Of a stretch of DNA of 64,000 nt, positions 27,466 to 41,800 are shown piece after piece. The notes under the pieces were generated by a model. The model saw nothing but the letters and a program-made list of their open reading frames with translations, was not told the origin of the DNA and ran no database searches. Made by a program: the position numbers and the translations under genes. Location of the stretch: assembly GCA_002633005.1 (NCBI GenBank), contig NMRA01000145.1, positions 399,898 through 463,897 of the forward strand, read 5' to 3'. Numbering within the stretch: position 1 is the stretch's first letter; each line of letters starts with the position of its first letter. The DNA is from Phoronis australis. Its lineage: Eukaryota; Animalia; Phoronida.

Positions 27466-30400
27466 GTGTAGGTTGTATTGTTCATTCAGGCCAAAATCAT
27501 TCCTCCGTTGCTTTCATCTCCTCTAATCATGCGTAATTGGTGTTGGTGAATAGCGCTAGAAATTGATTACAGATTTCAAATCTCCCTGGTCGTTATGTAC
27601 GATCGAACAGCTCGGAAATTCTACCTGGCGTGAGGCTGGATTTATTGATCAGAGTTACATGTTCAAGACTCGATACCTCATAACATGACTTTCCACTCGC
27701 ACAGTTACCTGTATCAGACACAGCCTAGAGAGGTGGCATTAATTAGGCATACTTGTCATTGAAAATATGTCATTAGTACTATACTGTACTAGCTGTTCAC
27801 GCAAACATGATAAAAGTAGGCACAAATGCCATTTCCAGGCGCTGAATTATGAATAAGATTTCCATCACAAAATCAATCATAGTGCTATTCATCATATATC
27901 AGTGGGTGTTAGGAACATAATCAAGCCGCAGGAAAAGACCTCATATCTTTCATGGCCAAGCATTCTCATTTTCAAGTTCAAAAATCAATATACCATTTTC
28001 ATCATCAGTCATTATCACTTCAGGAACAACCGTCCATTAAGTGTACAATTTTATTGAAGAGTGCAACTTTTATTTCTTCTTGTTTACATCTTTGTATCTG
28101 TTAATTCACGTGCTAGATTTTACCCAGATACTATGATTTAATGTGTGTTCCATCCAGTCCTAAAGTTACATAATTGCACAGGGATTTGTACTGTGCTGAG
28201 CTTTCAAATGACCCAGGGCTTCTATTTTCAATGGCCACTTGTATTTCACACACTGAAATCAGGCTAACAAAACACACAGAATCCATTGAGCAAAGGTACA
28301 AAGGTTTTCTCATGCCATTGTTGTGTGTTTAAAGGGCTACTTTGAGTTTGCTCAGTGTAGTTAGTGGTCTTACCTATTGGAGTCTTTTCCCCAGGTACTT
28401 TCAGAGCAAACTTAGAACATAGAACAGAATTAGGATTAATCACGCTTTACTTCATGGCAGGGCTATAGAGATTTTATCATTCCAGGCTGTTTTATTATAA
28501 CTGGGCTAATCAGATTTTTGATAGAAGGTCTTATTAATGAGTGCAACCACATTCCATAATGTGACTTTGTTTTGCTTGTTTAATCTCTCTGTAAACTTGG
28601 ACGAATTCTGTGCAACCAGTGTGCAAATATATATTTAATAATGAAATATCACGTGGTGATAATAAAATATCAGTCAACTGTTAATCCTGGTTTTAATATG
28701 GAAGTAAAACGCAACATCGTCTTTTAAATGGGCGAGTTGGCATTCCTAACTGTGCTAGAGCAGTTCAGTGATGTCCGAGGCAAGACAACCCACTGCATAT
28801 GTGATATATTCTGGTTTTAACTGGGTAATTTTGACTTGTCTTACTATGCTGTAAGGTGCAGTAACAGTAATCTTCTCAGAGTATGGTAAAATCTCGCCAG
28901 TTTCGAAAAAAATGATAATTTCATTTTCTCACTTTTTGAAGCTTCTAATATTGTAATGAATGTCAACAATTTCTCAAAATCTCTGATAGTAGAAATGGTG
29001 CAAGATTTAAACAGGGTAAAGCAGTTGTTGAGGTGCTTTTTTCTTTTATGAAAAAAAAAATCAATTGTCCACCAGAGATTTTATCACAGTCAAACTTGGC
29101 TAACTGCACTTGTTCAGTATCCCAATATCCAGCACGGAGCGGTCCAAACATTTCACATATTAAACACGATCAAAAGGCTCATCCACTGATACTTGTTATA
29201 ACAATAACACCGTTGCAATATCATCTGAACATTCTAAAAAGGAAACCCTTCTGTTACATTTTCCTCCTTAGCTCACTATGACATCATTGCTATTCAGCTT
29301 ACATAGGCACAGTTCAAAAGCAAGCATCACAATTGACATTTATCTTCAAAATACAGGAGGATCAAACATTACCCTGTAGACCTATTGGCATTTATTTCCC
29401 CAGCATAACAGCACAAAACAATTTAATATCAATCACAAGCAAGATCTTGGTGAGATTTGAACTGCAATAACTATTGTCTCCTCCAAATATACAGACTTGC
29501 TCTACCTGAAATACAGGATTACAGAATACACATTCTTCCTGTAGACTGAGCATCAAATTTCACACTAGACAGGACAATATATGGAAAAACCATAAACTGC
29601 TATTGAATGACCATTGTACATGTACAAGCCATTCCAATGTACAGGGTGTCCAAAATGTAAGCACGCTTCATTAGCATGCTGGGAGATCAAAGTCAGTTTC
29701 TGTGAATCAGACTCTGTGTCTGGGCCTATGGCATGGTTCAACACCTTGCAGTGAAAGCAGGCACCTGAACTTTCATGTGATATAAATGCAGAGAAACGGC
29801 AAAACAAGAGAACTGAAATTTAATGTGCAATGCTATTGGAAATTCAAAAACGACAATTAGCTTCTTTCCAAATCTAATATACAAAGCATTTTTATCGGTT
29901 TTAAGACTGAATTCCTTTTTGATCACCTCTTTCGAATTTAAAATAGTTATCTAGTTCCTAAGTCAATAAAAAGCGCAGTTGCTGTCACTGGAAGTATGGG
30001 TATGCTTTTGATACACCCTGTATATGTATGGATGACCTTCAATACACATTTGTACAGTCAGACTCCAAATCTAACAACCACAGTCTAAACCCAACCCATA
30101 CCTCTGTGACACTGCAGTTTACATGCACAGGAACACACTCCCTTATTTACTCACAAATTGAGCGTAAGTGCTTCTATGAAGCAATACCTTCACGAAGGTA
30201 TTTGATCGCGTCAAGACCATATAGATAATGAATGATACCTTATCATTGTCCCACAGGGAGTTAGACCAGGGTTCAGACAAAAGGGTCGAGTACTGATAGG
30301 AGGTAACGAGGTAGGAAAACTATTTTAATATGCTGGTGTTATAACAACACAGATTAACTAAATAAAAAAATCATTTTCAGATTTTTTTTATTTCCGCGAG

Positions 30401-32865
30401 CAAATAAACTGGATTTACCGTATTTGTCATTTGGCTTAGAACATACATTTTTTGTTCCAGAAAACCTGTAGCTTGAAAAACAGCTTGTGCAGTCTAACTA
30501 CATTACGAAGAGCTCTAGAGGGACTCCTCTAAAGCATTCATTGTAAAAGAATTTCCCTTTGATCGAATCAACTTTTATTCATAACAGTTGGATTGTAACT
30601 AGTGAAATACATGAATAATGCTATGAAAAGCTGTTTTTACACGGGGAACAGTTGTCGCGGTGCGAGATGTCACGACGCGAGTTGCTCCACTGTAGTCGAA
30701 TTCACACACATTGTATCGCAAACTGGATCAGCATGAGTCATTTACAGGAAGACTGCTTACACATGCTTGCAGAAACAATCGTGTATCTCCAAACCACGTG
30801 GAATGCTAAGCGAATACACTCGTACATACGATCCCTTCCACCTTGCCCTAGTATGTGTTCAGACGTGAAATTGAAATTGGAACAACTGATTGAGTGCAAC
30901 TTGCACTACTACTCAAATTGGTGTCAAAAATGGCTGCTACGGTGTCAACTTGCTTCGTGTCAGTCATGATTACAGACACACTTGTGACCAATCAGCTGTT
31001 GGTGTTAGTTGGTCTGTGACACTGTCTCCCATGTAAATGCAGCTTAAGTGAAAGTATAATTAAACCAGGCATGATACAATGCTGTTTTATGCACAATGTT
31101 TCAATACCATTGGCTGGAGAAATAAAATAATCACGCTGACCTTTCAAACACCATAGAACAGCATACAGACCCAAATGCAACCAAGAAACATAATCCAACT
31201 ACCTGAACTAGAGTATTATGTGCTGAGGGGGAAGCTATAATCATTCTCAGGGATATTAACCCTAGAGACTAATCCTAGCTGGTTTACTTTAGTGTGCAAT
31301 GTGTATACAATGTTGAGGGAAAATGCTCTAAAGTAATAGGGTAATCCATCACAGTAATCAGCTTACAAAGGTTATAATGATGTAAGAATGAACTAGATGG
31401 AGCTGGCAGTTGGGTGCTTATCATATTGACACTTCAGTGCGCATTGGACTGGAGATTTTTACAAGGTGTTTCTGGTCTGTGAGGCAATAATTATATTTAG
31501 TGCAAAACAGGCATGTGATCCATTAATGGACTTCTGTTCCCCTGTCAGAGGCTTTGAAGCAGGTGCAAGTAATTTTGGATAGCTAATTTCAGGTAAAAAA
31601 TGTGTCATTCTGTACACTGTGAAAAATCCATAATCTGTAAAATTACCCAGGTATGAAATTAACAGAGCTTTTAACTTGTTATGATACTCTGATTCATTAA
31701 ATACCATTTTTGATGACAAAAGGTCCATACCCTCTGGCAATTTAGCAGTATAGTGTACAATCTCCCTTGGAAACTAAATGCATACCTTACATGTCTGGCT
31801 AAACACCCATGTTGTTCAGCTTAGGGCCTGTCCCCAATTGCTATGTCTGAGACTTTCGTTTAAAGATGCTTGGAAAATCGTTGGGTTCCAGTTTATAGAC
31901 TTTTCAATTTAAGCCCTAGCCCGATGAGTATGGTGTAGCAAAAAGATTAGAACAGGTCTCCGTTTTTTAAACTGATTAGGAATAATGTCTACTTTCAGTT
32001 GCAAGCTCTCAAATTTCCAGTTAACCTTCTGACTCCTCCCCGCATGGCTGGTGGCCAGACTCCCCGCTGAGGCAGTGTAGTTACTTGGACATTCTTATCC
32101 CATGACACACTCCACTGAAGCTGCAGTCTGTCATAATGAGCAAAGCACATACACTTAAACCAATACTGCATGAGATACAAGGTGATAAAACCTATGACAA
32201 ACTCCACTGTTTTGACTTAACACAATGTTTCAAAAATCAATGTGCAATACCATTCTCCATCTGTTAAAACAAACAAAAGACTGCCTTGGATGTTGAATCA
32301 GCTTACTGAAGTCTCAGTCCTGTAAACCTAATACCCAGAACTCTATTCATAACATTTTGTCATGTGCAAGAACTAATGAAATATTCAACATTCTTTAGGT
32401 AATACCTACAGAACATTCAATTTCTCACAACAGTGAGTATAAACACTGCTAAAAATTAGCTTGTGATATAAGGCAAACCAACACTTCTGTTTTCTATGGT
32501 TATATTGTGGCCATAAGCGTTATTTTTGGTTTAATAAATCACTTCATTCTCATTTTATCTTTCTCTGAAGTTAGCAGTTTTGAACGTCCTGAAGCAGTAT
32601 TCAATACATTTTACAATCATGTCCTAATTGGTCCCTTCACCACCCGGGGTCATTGAACTTATACCACAGACTAGAAACTTTACTTCTCTCCATAAAATAT
32701 CACATACAAAAGAACTCGCCAACAAAAGTTGAGGTACAACCACACGAACACAGGCACTCTTACCACACAGGGTTTTTGCACTAAAAAATGTGTGAGGTGT
32801 GTTCGTACGTATTTTTGCAGTGTGGTAAGTTTTGTGGAGAGTGTTGTTGGTAAAGGTTCCATTTG

Positions 32866-33000
32866 GAGAAGGCAGTGTGGTCCAGCCGGTCGAGTGTCCG
32901 CCTCCTGTTCACAAGGTCATGGGTTCAAATCCCACTACACCCCACTACTAGACCCTCATTGAGTCAGGTCTCCAGCTACTCAGCTTGATCTTAAATTGTA
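32866..33000 (+). mobile_element. tRNA-derived SINE head
   Basis: Pol III A-box-like TGGTCCAGCCGG (about 32878) and B-box GGTTCAAATCC (32922-32932) at tRNA-like spacing. It does not form a complete cloverleaf. Confidence 0.6.
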
Positions 33001-33770
33001 TATATGTGTTACGTATATAATGTTAACAAACAAAAAATGGTTCCATGTGTATATGCAGTGGGCCCAGCTGAGTGACCTGCACAGGTCTTATGCAATGTTT
33101 ATCACACCTCCTGCAGTATTTTTTAGGGGCCACTACTGGGGTAGAGGTCCTGTGACCCATAGAAAGAGTTTGTTTACCACCCTGACAACATCTCGAAAAA
33201 TAATGCATCACCACAATTCAAATTTCAACAAAAACATGCACCCATGGTCTATACAACACTGGAAAGTGTGTGACCTTCAAGTAACCTTGTGAAGTTTTAG
33301 ATACTCAATGATTAACAAGAAAAGGAAAAATGCAACTAAAAGCAAAACATTGTGCTTACGTAATAAATCACGGAGAATTTGAATTTTGAAGACTTCAAAT
33401 AACAAAGCCGGTATGGTGGGGGGGGGGGTCGGTCGGTGAGGGCCCCTTTTTCCCTTGAATTTAGTTAATCTAGAATTTTCAAATTGTTGACTTAGACAAC
33501 CTGTTTTTAAAAAAATCCTGGATCCGCCCCTGAATAACAATAAGTGTCTATTGAAACTGGGAGTTGAGAAACTTCACGAAAAGGGTGATAAATAGCGCTT
33601 CACTAAAACTTATTGTAAAGAGCGACTGACTGATGATGAAAAGGTATCACATTGCATTAATGGCAATTTAAGTGTTCTAGAAAGGGGAGAACTTTCCAGT
33701 ATGTTTGATTGAAAGAATGAATGGGTTTAATGTCATTTTAATCATTTCATCCTAAAACAGTGCGTGCTAT

Positions 33771-34065
33771 CAGGGGCGGATCCAGGATTTTGAGTTGGGA
33801 AGGGAGCCAGGGCACAAGAATAACCAGAATTTCGACAGATGCGCGCGTCCAGCCTAAAATGTGGGGACACAAAGGCCTCGAATGTTTGGGGTTGTGGACC
33901 TGTTGACTAAAAAAAAGGTAAACGGGGTTTGTTCAGGGCCTATGCGTTGTTTCTTCACCCTTGATGAGCCCCTGCTTGCTCGCACCCGAACTCCCAAATG
34001 GTATCTGGTACAATTTTTGGGGGGGGGGCATGGCCCCCTTGACCTCCCCCCCAAATCCGCCACTG
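33771..34065. mobile_element. MITE with CAG(G/T)GGCGGAT terminal inverted repeats (hAT-like)
   Basis: Left end CAGGGGCGGATCC, right end AAATCCGCCACTG, with GCTAT on both flanks. An inverted end of a second copy lies at 33514-33532. Confidence 0.75.
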
Positions 34066-34082
34066 GCTATCATTATAAATTA

Positions 34083-34184
34083 CCGTACTCGTCCGGGTTA
34101 CAGCCCAGGGGGCTTAAATTGGGAATCTAAAAAACAGTGGGTGGGCGGTAAGCCGAGCATGGGCGGTAACCCGGACCAGCACGG
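34083..34184. mobile_element. Tiny Tc1/mariner-type (CCGT-ended) MITE
   Basis: TA|CCGTACTCGTCCGGGTTA ... TAACCCGGACCAGCACGG|TA: 18-bp TIR with 2 mismatches and a TA target duplication. Confidence 0.8.
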
Positions 34185-35279
34185 TACTATTTGGTGTTCT
34201 AAAATTTCCAGCAAGGCCAGTAGAATTTAAAACCACATTTCACAATATTAAACCTCAATTGCTATTAAATATATACTGTGATATCGCATGCTAATTGTCT
34301 CTAAATTGCTAAGCATCAAACCAAGTGAGAATCTCTGACTAGAATTAAAGAAATATCAATAACAACTATTTTGTGGTTTATTCAACATCCACTCAATTGA
34401 AAGATAACAAAGGGTACCAAAGTTTAGTCCAGCTCCCTGGAAACAAGGAAAACAACATAATGATAAGTATGTGTTCCATTCCACTGACTTCATTCACTGA
34501 CATTTCGAACAACAGACACAAAAGTCACAACAGAATTCAGCAAAATAACTGTAAAAGTAATTTGATGTCTGTCTGCCAACATTGTTGTTTGTGGTTTCAC
34601 ATGGCACTGGGAATGTTATTATTATGTTTTCAAATTAAATAGTTCAGGAGAAATTCATCACACGGGCGTCAAAAACAACTTTTTGCACGTAGACACCATT
34701 GTGCTTGACGTGAATTATTAAAGAAATGAAAACCGGATTAGGAGCACACCAGCAGTGCTTTTATTAACCACAGAGAATGTTTACTGTGAAATCTCACAGA
34801 TTTGGGTAAAAATGTTGTCAATGAGAGAAGTTTGAAATTTTCACCGGTTTTTCATAAAAAGTAAGCAGCACGAAATAAATGCTTTACCATTTTTATGTTC
34901 GATTACATAACAACCACCAGGCAAAGTTTCAAGAAAATGGTAGTTTTAATAACAAGACTTTCAAATACAATAACGGTAAATTTTTTGTCTGAAATTGGAA
35001 TTTACAGTGACCTTAAGTTTTCAACAGTGATCTTGATTAAGTGTACACTGAGAGTTGAATTAGAATGAATAATTCTTGGATTAATACAGCAGTGAAACCA
35101 TAAATGAAGATATCATGCAGATGTTATTTTCTAAAAATAAATGCGTAAGGGCCTGAATAAAGAAAGGCTTGGCCATTTAGATTATCAGGACTAGCGCTAT
35201 CGAAGGCAGTCACACAAAAAATAATGCCAAAAATTGTCCTTTTTTGTTTTCAAAAGCTGATCACAATGAAATTTAACCC

Positions 35280-35354
35280 ATTTAGGATACAGTATGCTGA
35301 CAAGTGAAATTTTATTTCATTTCACTTGTCAGCATATAGTGTCCTAAATTTCAT

Positions 35355-35430
<76 letters not shown>
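35280..35430. repeat. 70-nt hairpin immediately followed by an (AAT)n microsatellite
   Basis: Perfect 18-bp stem TATGCTGACAAGTGAAAT / ATTTCACTTGTCAGCATA, extended by ATTTAGGA/TCCTAAAT; (AAT)n runs about 35357-35430. Confidence 0.85.
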
Positions 35431-35431
<1 letters not shown>

Positions 35432-36534
35432 TATGACTATATTTGACTATTTCATCACAAATAAAGTAACACCAAAAGATCTACACCATAGCTAACATCT
35501 GAAAATGATTCTGAGAAGTGAGTATTCCTAACTACCTTAGAAGCCTTTGAAAAATGAGAGGACAAATTTTGGCAACTATTTTTATCCGAGATTTTACCGT
35601 ACTTAACTGCTAATTATAGAAACTTTGCCAAATGTTGTTTTATGCATCTACACAGTACAAAACAAGGAAATGGTAGACTGAATTTTCTAAAATATTAATT
35701 TTTGCAAAGGAAAGACGTTGACAAAATGTAATTCATTTTTCTATCATATTGTAAGAATTGCCAAGTTCACCAAGGATTTGACTCAATGAATCGGTGTTGC
35801 TGTATGGGACAGGTAGGCGGCCAGGAAATTGATTTTTAATCAAAAATTAATAAAACAGAAGTTTTTTCCTTGAAGGCATGCATAATGCAGGAGTACAAGT
35901 AGAAAGTACACTGCACCTACCACACGGGTTTGATATCAAAATAAACAAGATGGACGATGATAAGAGATTTATATGAAAATGTTTTTCTAATGTGACCTGT
36001 GTGTCCATATACATCAGGAAATAATACAACCAGTGTACATGCCATGAGACAGGTTTATTCCAATTTAGTTTTTGTGTACCTGTTACACCAGTCAGGTAGA
36101 AACTGGGTTTCACTTTTTGCTTGAGTGTCCTTTTCATACAGCCCAAGAAACAATTTCCATCCTCAAATTGGGATAAGATATCCAAACATTCTTGTTGAGG
36201 ATTGTGAAAGAAAATTCAAGACTTTAATGGAAAAAATTGATAACAGAAGACACACTTTATCAAAAATGCTTTTGAACATAAAAATAGTATTATACTTACC
36301 TGACATAGAAGATATTTGCATAACCTGTTGTTCTCCCATAGATTACAAGCCGACTGGACAACATGTAGTATACTGTCCTATGTCCATACGGTATTTTGTA
36401 TCATTTCCTTCTTATTCTATTCAAAGTGACTGACAATGTCCATTACGAGACCGGGTGTATCATTACTACTTTTCATTTATACAGTTTGTTCATTGTTCAC
36501 AGGCCAATAAAATATAGAAATTTCTCGCTCACAC

Positions 36535-36812
36535 CCGTGCTCCCTCCGTCCCTCGCTTGCTCTCTCCGTCCCTCGCTTGCTCCCTCCCTCCCTTGCTCTC
36601 TCCCTCCCTCGCTTGCTCTCTCCCTGCCTTGCTTGCTCTCTCCGTCCCTCGCTTGCTCCCTCCCGCCCTCGCTTGCTCTCTCCCTCCCTCCCTTGCTCTC
36701 TCCCTCCCTCGCTTGTACTCTACCTCCCTCGCTTGCTCTCTCCCTCCCTCGCTTGCTCTCTCCCTCCCTCGCTTGCTCTCTCCCTCCCTCGCTTGCTCTC
36801 TCCCTCCTTCCC
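36535..36812. repeat. Pyrimidine-rich tandem repeat, unit about 20 bp (CTCCCTCGCTTGCTCTCTCC)
   Basis: Directly visible array; it generates several spurious ORFs on both strands. Confidence 0.92.
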
Positions 36813-37660
36813 AGGTTATGGTGAGCATGAATACCTTCTATAACTAATGTGACTTCCTGTTGAAAAATCTAATTAAACCGTGTTGCTATGAACCTCCTAT
36901 TTTTATTTCAACTGAAGATTGCTATCCTATTACAAAATCAATTTGTATGCAGTGCAGTCAGCATGGAAGTTATGAAAAGAAACGTTACGAGTGGAAATTA
37001 TTATTTTGGTTTGTTGTATTGCATCTGGTTCAGCAATGGGCCATTTTCTTGTACAATTATGTATTCTCGAAATGTACTAATGTCTTTCACCTGCCTCACT
37101 GGCACAATCAGATCACTGGCAAAGAGTGTGGCACTTTTTTAAACATGCATTCATGAAACGAGGAAGGATTGGTCAAGACAAAAGCAAATTGTTTCATGGA
37201 TGAGAGGTCAATAACCTGCAAAATGTTACTGTACGCACACACTCACACAAGTATAATGTGATATCGGAGACTACAGATCTCAAAGGAGTAGTTCAGATCC
37301 CAGTAGGTGGATCACTGAGCACATTCGTTAATTATGAACACTAATTATGGACACAGAAAAATAACTGTGCTCCAAACAAATGACAGTAAACCGCCCATAA
37401 AAGCATAATTCAGGGTGTATATAATCACGAAAATGATTTCCTGAGAAGAAAGCGCCACCATTTCTTGAAAGGCAATTCGCAAAACATACTTTTCTTTGAA
37501 AAGTTCCAGTGTCCCAAACTGAACACATTCAGACTGCCAACTCCTCATACCCCAGGAACAAACTGGCGAAAACAGCAGTGATTGCACTAGCACTCCGACT
37601 AGTAACAGAAACAGTAACAAGGGTCACTTTTGCTGGCGCTTTGCGGGTGGTATGGAGTTA

Positions 37661-38039
37661 CCAAAAAGTTTCTAATAGAAGCCAGGTCTCTATTAGATGC
37701 CTCCCTCTAATAGAAGTCAGGGGGGTCTAAGTACGCTGCAATTAAAAAATGTCAGGACTAATAGAGGCCGGGTCTCCACATTGTCTGGATGCTGTCCAGG
37801 AAGAAAGCAAAATAGCAAGTGGTGTGACAGACACGTATGTGTCAAGTATCGTCGTACCGGTAATACGAAACAACCTTAGAACAGACGATTTGCAAAGATA
37901 TCGTATAATACCATGTGTTGGCCTGCGCAGGACTGAAGTAAATGTTGAGTATCTAATAAATGCCTCCCTCTAATAGAAGCTAGGCCTGAGGCATGTCTAA
38001 CAAAAATAAATGGCCTGGCTACTATTAGAAGTTTTACGG
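37661..38039. mobile_element. Non-autonomous Tc1/mariner-type element (CCGTA-ended, TA target)
   Basis: Left TA|CCAAAAAGTTTCTAATAGAAGCCAGG vs reverse complement of the right end TA|CCGTAAAACTTCTAATAGTAGCCAGG. The motif ATGCCTCCCTCTAATAGAAG is repeated internally. Confidence 0.75.
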
Positions 38040-38357
38040 TACTCCAAATAATTTATCGTTGATTGCGTGCACCAGGATAGAGGCTTTTGTTTATTGTTGC
38101 ATTAATTAATCAATCATTGCAACCTGAAAATGCACTTTTACATCAACTGAAATGCCACAGAAAAACAGTGAAGCCAGTGTTTTCACCACTGGTGTGATCC
38201 TAGTGTTGCCATAATTAGATGACAACAACAACCATCAACTTCATCATGTCTCAAAGTGTGTTGGACTTGGACAGCCAATCTAAATCAGTCCCTGGCGGAA
38301 CAAATCATCAAGTCAGGCAAAGTGGCAAATTTCAAACTGAAACAAGTCAAGTTTGTA

Positions 38358-38862
38358 GGGCCTTTCATACTAACGTTGACACGTCAATGGTTTGGGGAGT
38401 CGCGGTCAGTATGAACGCTTAACTCCGGTCCTGGATCGCAGTTAACAGCTCCAGTTAACACCGCAATTAACAGGTGGATTTAAGACTGTAGCGTCAACGC
38501 TGCGGTGCAGTATGAACGCTTAACTCCGGTCCAATCGAAGTTATTGTCAGGTGCCACTGTTATCGTCAACAGTTACAGAGTAGTGCCGTCACTAATAACT
38601 ACTTATTTTTTGCTCTAATGATAACCAATCCATTTAAAAATGAGTTTAATGTCATTTAGCACATTTAAATGTTCCCAAATTGTCACTTTGTAAAAAATCT
38701 TAGCGTGCAGCACTACCTTGCGATAACTTCGATGACGTCAGCATCACCAACCCTTTACTTTGATGGTCATTAACTACCAAAGCCAGTATGAACAGTCCAG
38801 TTAACTGCGATGTTTACGTCGACGCTCCGCTCAGACCGGAGTTAAGTCAATATGAAAGGGCC
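38358..38862. mobile_element. MITE with GG(G/C)CCTTTCATA termini (PIF/Harbinger-like)
   Basis: Left GGGCCTTTCATACT, right AATATGAAAGGGCC. Subterminal TTAACTCCGGTC occurs twice on the left and inverted (GACCGGAGTTAA) on the right. The target duplication is unclear. Confidence 0.68.
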
Positions 38863-41800
38863 TTGTGACACTGAATCTTTCTTGTGAAGCAATTGATAGA
38901 TTTCACTGGGTTAATGTTTTTCATGTATAACTAAATTCTAACTTGCAGCATTAAAAAAAAAACAAAACAAGGGACCTCACTCTAATAACATATAGAAGCA
39001 AAACAATAGACTTCAAAGATAGCAACAATATTTGTCAGGAAAGCACAGCTATAGACATAAGATGAGTATCATAAGGGACAGTCTCCTTAATGCGTGTTAA
39101 CTACAATTCAGAATCAAACTTGCTCACGTTGAAAAATCAATTAAAAAGTAATCGACAAATGAAAACTATTGATTCCAACTTACAGTTGTCAGTATTATTG
39201 GGAAAGGTTTCTCTTTACCGCCATCACTAAATTATGCATGCACGACTACTTCAATTTCAACAAACAACTTTGTTGAATATTATGCAATTTTTAGTTTCCA
39301 CTTTGAGCAAACAATGGTATACCCCCACAAAGATCTTAAAATGCAAATAATGACGACTGTAACTTGACAAGTGAGTCACTTTATCAACAGTAAAATTTCT
39401 GCTCTCTTCCATTTGTTTTACACATTTCGATGAAAAAGGACATTAAATTTTTACAANTAAAAATGACTGTCGTCTAATGTTTAAAAGTGCATCATAAGAT
39501 TTTTTTGAGTCAAAAGCGTATCATATTGCATAGTTGTAACTTATAATATAAGCACTTTTCAAATGATAATGGTCATGACCATTTGATAACAATAAAGATT
39601 GCTTTATTGGAGAGGGGTCAAGCATAGCATTTCACATGTGTCACATTCAGGTTGGGGCCCTGGATACCGGATATCAACAATCATAAACAGATAGTAGCTA
39701 GGGAAGCTATCATACCAGCCAATTTGGACCATTTCTATAAACACTCCAACACCTGTATTTGATACAGTTCCTGAAGATAAGTGGGCATCTTCTGATTGAA
39801 GGGGAAGTTTAGTTGGAATGCTTTCACGTCATAGTCTGGTTATAAACCCCACTGGCATTACGTATTGTAAAGCTATTGATAATATTACAATACTTTATAT
39901 CAGCAGAAAAATGATGACAGGCAGCATTTGTTGGTGAACAAAAGGAAAACAACGCTATTGACTGGGTGGACACCAGTAAACAGAAATGATTATGTCTTGA
40001 CGTCAGTCCAGAAGTTAGGGAGCAAAATAATAACTATAACATTTCTAAAGATTCACAGTGCACACTCACAATTGGAGAAGGCAAGGGGTGCCCCCAAGCC
40101 ATTAGAGGGCCTGTTATTCATGGAGCATGTAAAGCCCGTCCCACGTCACTCAGATTTCACATAAATCTTGTAAACACCCAGAAAGTTTGGACTTCTAAGA
40201 AGCATTTGATTGTACTTTTGTTACAACTGCCACTACATCATACAATATAATTGCAATGTGAATGGACCAGCGCATTAGCAGGAAATGGAGCTGAGAAAAG
40301 TTTTGATTTCTCCGACAAATTTTAAAACAATCCTTCCATCATTCTTCATTGTGCCAATGTAATGAGTGTTCTTCAGAGTGTCGGGAAAACAAATTTTTTT
40401 ATTTCAGCTTAAAAAGTTAGCAAGATCCATGAACATCAACACTTTTAGATATGACTGGATTGCCAACATCAATTAAGATATCCAGTTAGTATTCAAGCAA
40501 GTATTGAAAAATCAAGGGCCAGACATTTTATTAATAAACACGGTCAGATAGTTTGCAAAGTAAATAACAAAATGAGATTATGGTAAAAAATCTTCAGCTT
40601 GAAACAAAACGCAACAGACAAAAGAAATTTTATGTTATCAAATTTCTCAAGAAAAAAGAATATGAGAAAAATAACTTTGTAACACCACAGAAGAGATGGC
40701 ATGTCTTAACTTTACACAGAAAGTAAATACTACAAAATAACTAAAAGGCTCCTTTCACAGCAGTCAACAAAGTGCAATATATTTATTGATTGCTATCCTA
40801 GCATAGTCCAAGTTGTAAAGCTTTTATTGTTGTTAATTAATCTATACGCTTGCGCTAAAACAAATCAGACGAACAATAAAACGCAAATATAAAACCTGTC
40901 TGAAAATGGGTTTAACAAAATCAATTCGTTACTTAAGTAAACTTCCTGATTTCTCTCATCTTGATTAAAAACAAACAATTAAACAATAGTGAACTAGTAA
41001 AGGATCAGAATCCTGGGTTCAAAATGTTTCTGGAAATTCTGCATAATTGCAAAATAGGATATTGCAAAATTTACTTTAAAGAGGTAAACAAACATTTTTG
41101 ACGTTACCGAAGTTTCCAAAATATTAAAAACACAGATCTAGGATAAATACTTTTCTATGTCAATTACTGCTCTCCTGGCATGCATTTATCATCCATGTAA
41201 CAACAGGAAATGAGGTAAATGGTCCTCTAAAAGGTCCACCATCTTGGTCCTGCATTGGCTGTCATTGAGCAAACACGAATAACCTGGACAGAGCCTGCTC
41301 AACAGGGAGTTGGACGTTGAGTTTATTCAATGGAAGGTCTGGGATATTTCCATGAACGTTGTTTCTTGGAGCAAGTTTCTTGTGCCAAAAGCGAGATCAC
41401 TTTAGTCTTTGTGCGATATCGCAAAGTATTACAAGCAAAGCAAGGGATCACATTATGGTAAAAATTCTTCAGTTTGAGACACAATATTGTTGATAGGTAA
41501 AATTTCATTTATCAAATTTCTCAACAAAAATGACTTCAAGACAATTTGCTTTGCTTCTAGCGTGGTTTGTATGCCACAGCTACAGTAGTACCTATCAAAA
41601 TTTGGCCTTTACAACAACGTGGCAAACTGCTGAAAAATTGAACAACAGGGCAAGTTTAACAATTGTTTTTGTTCCAAATGGAAGAATTTTTATCACAGCT
41701 TTACTCAAGACAGTCTTGCATCTGCAGTAGGCATAGACAACACTGAGTTTCTCTATCATGACATGTAATAACCTGTCATGGAGGGTAATAACTAAAAATT

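Noticed and set aside
32866-32940. tRNA gene
   Set aside because: A and B boxes are present but acceptor and anticodon stems do not pair properly; treated as a SINE head. The same applies to 50294-50367.
36396-36847. Leu/Ser/Pro-rich and Gly/Arg/Glu-rich ORFs
   Set aside because: Translations of the 20-bp CT-rich tandem repeat.
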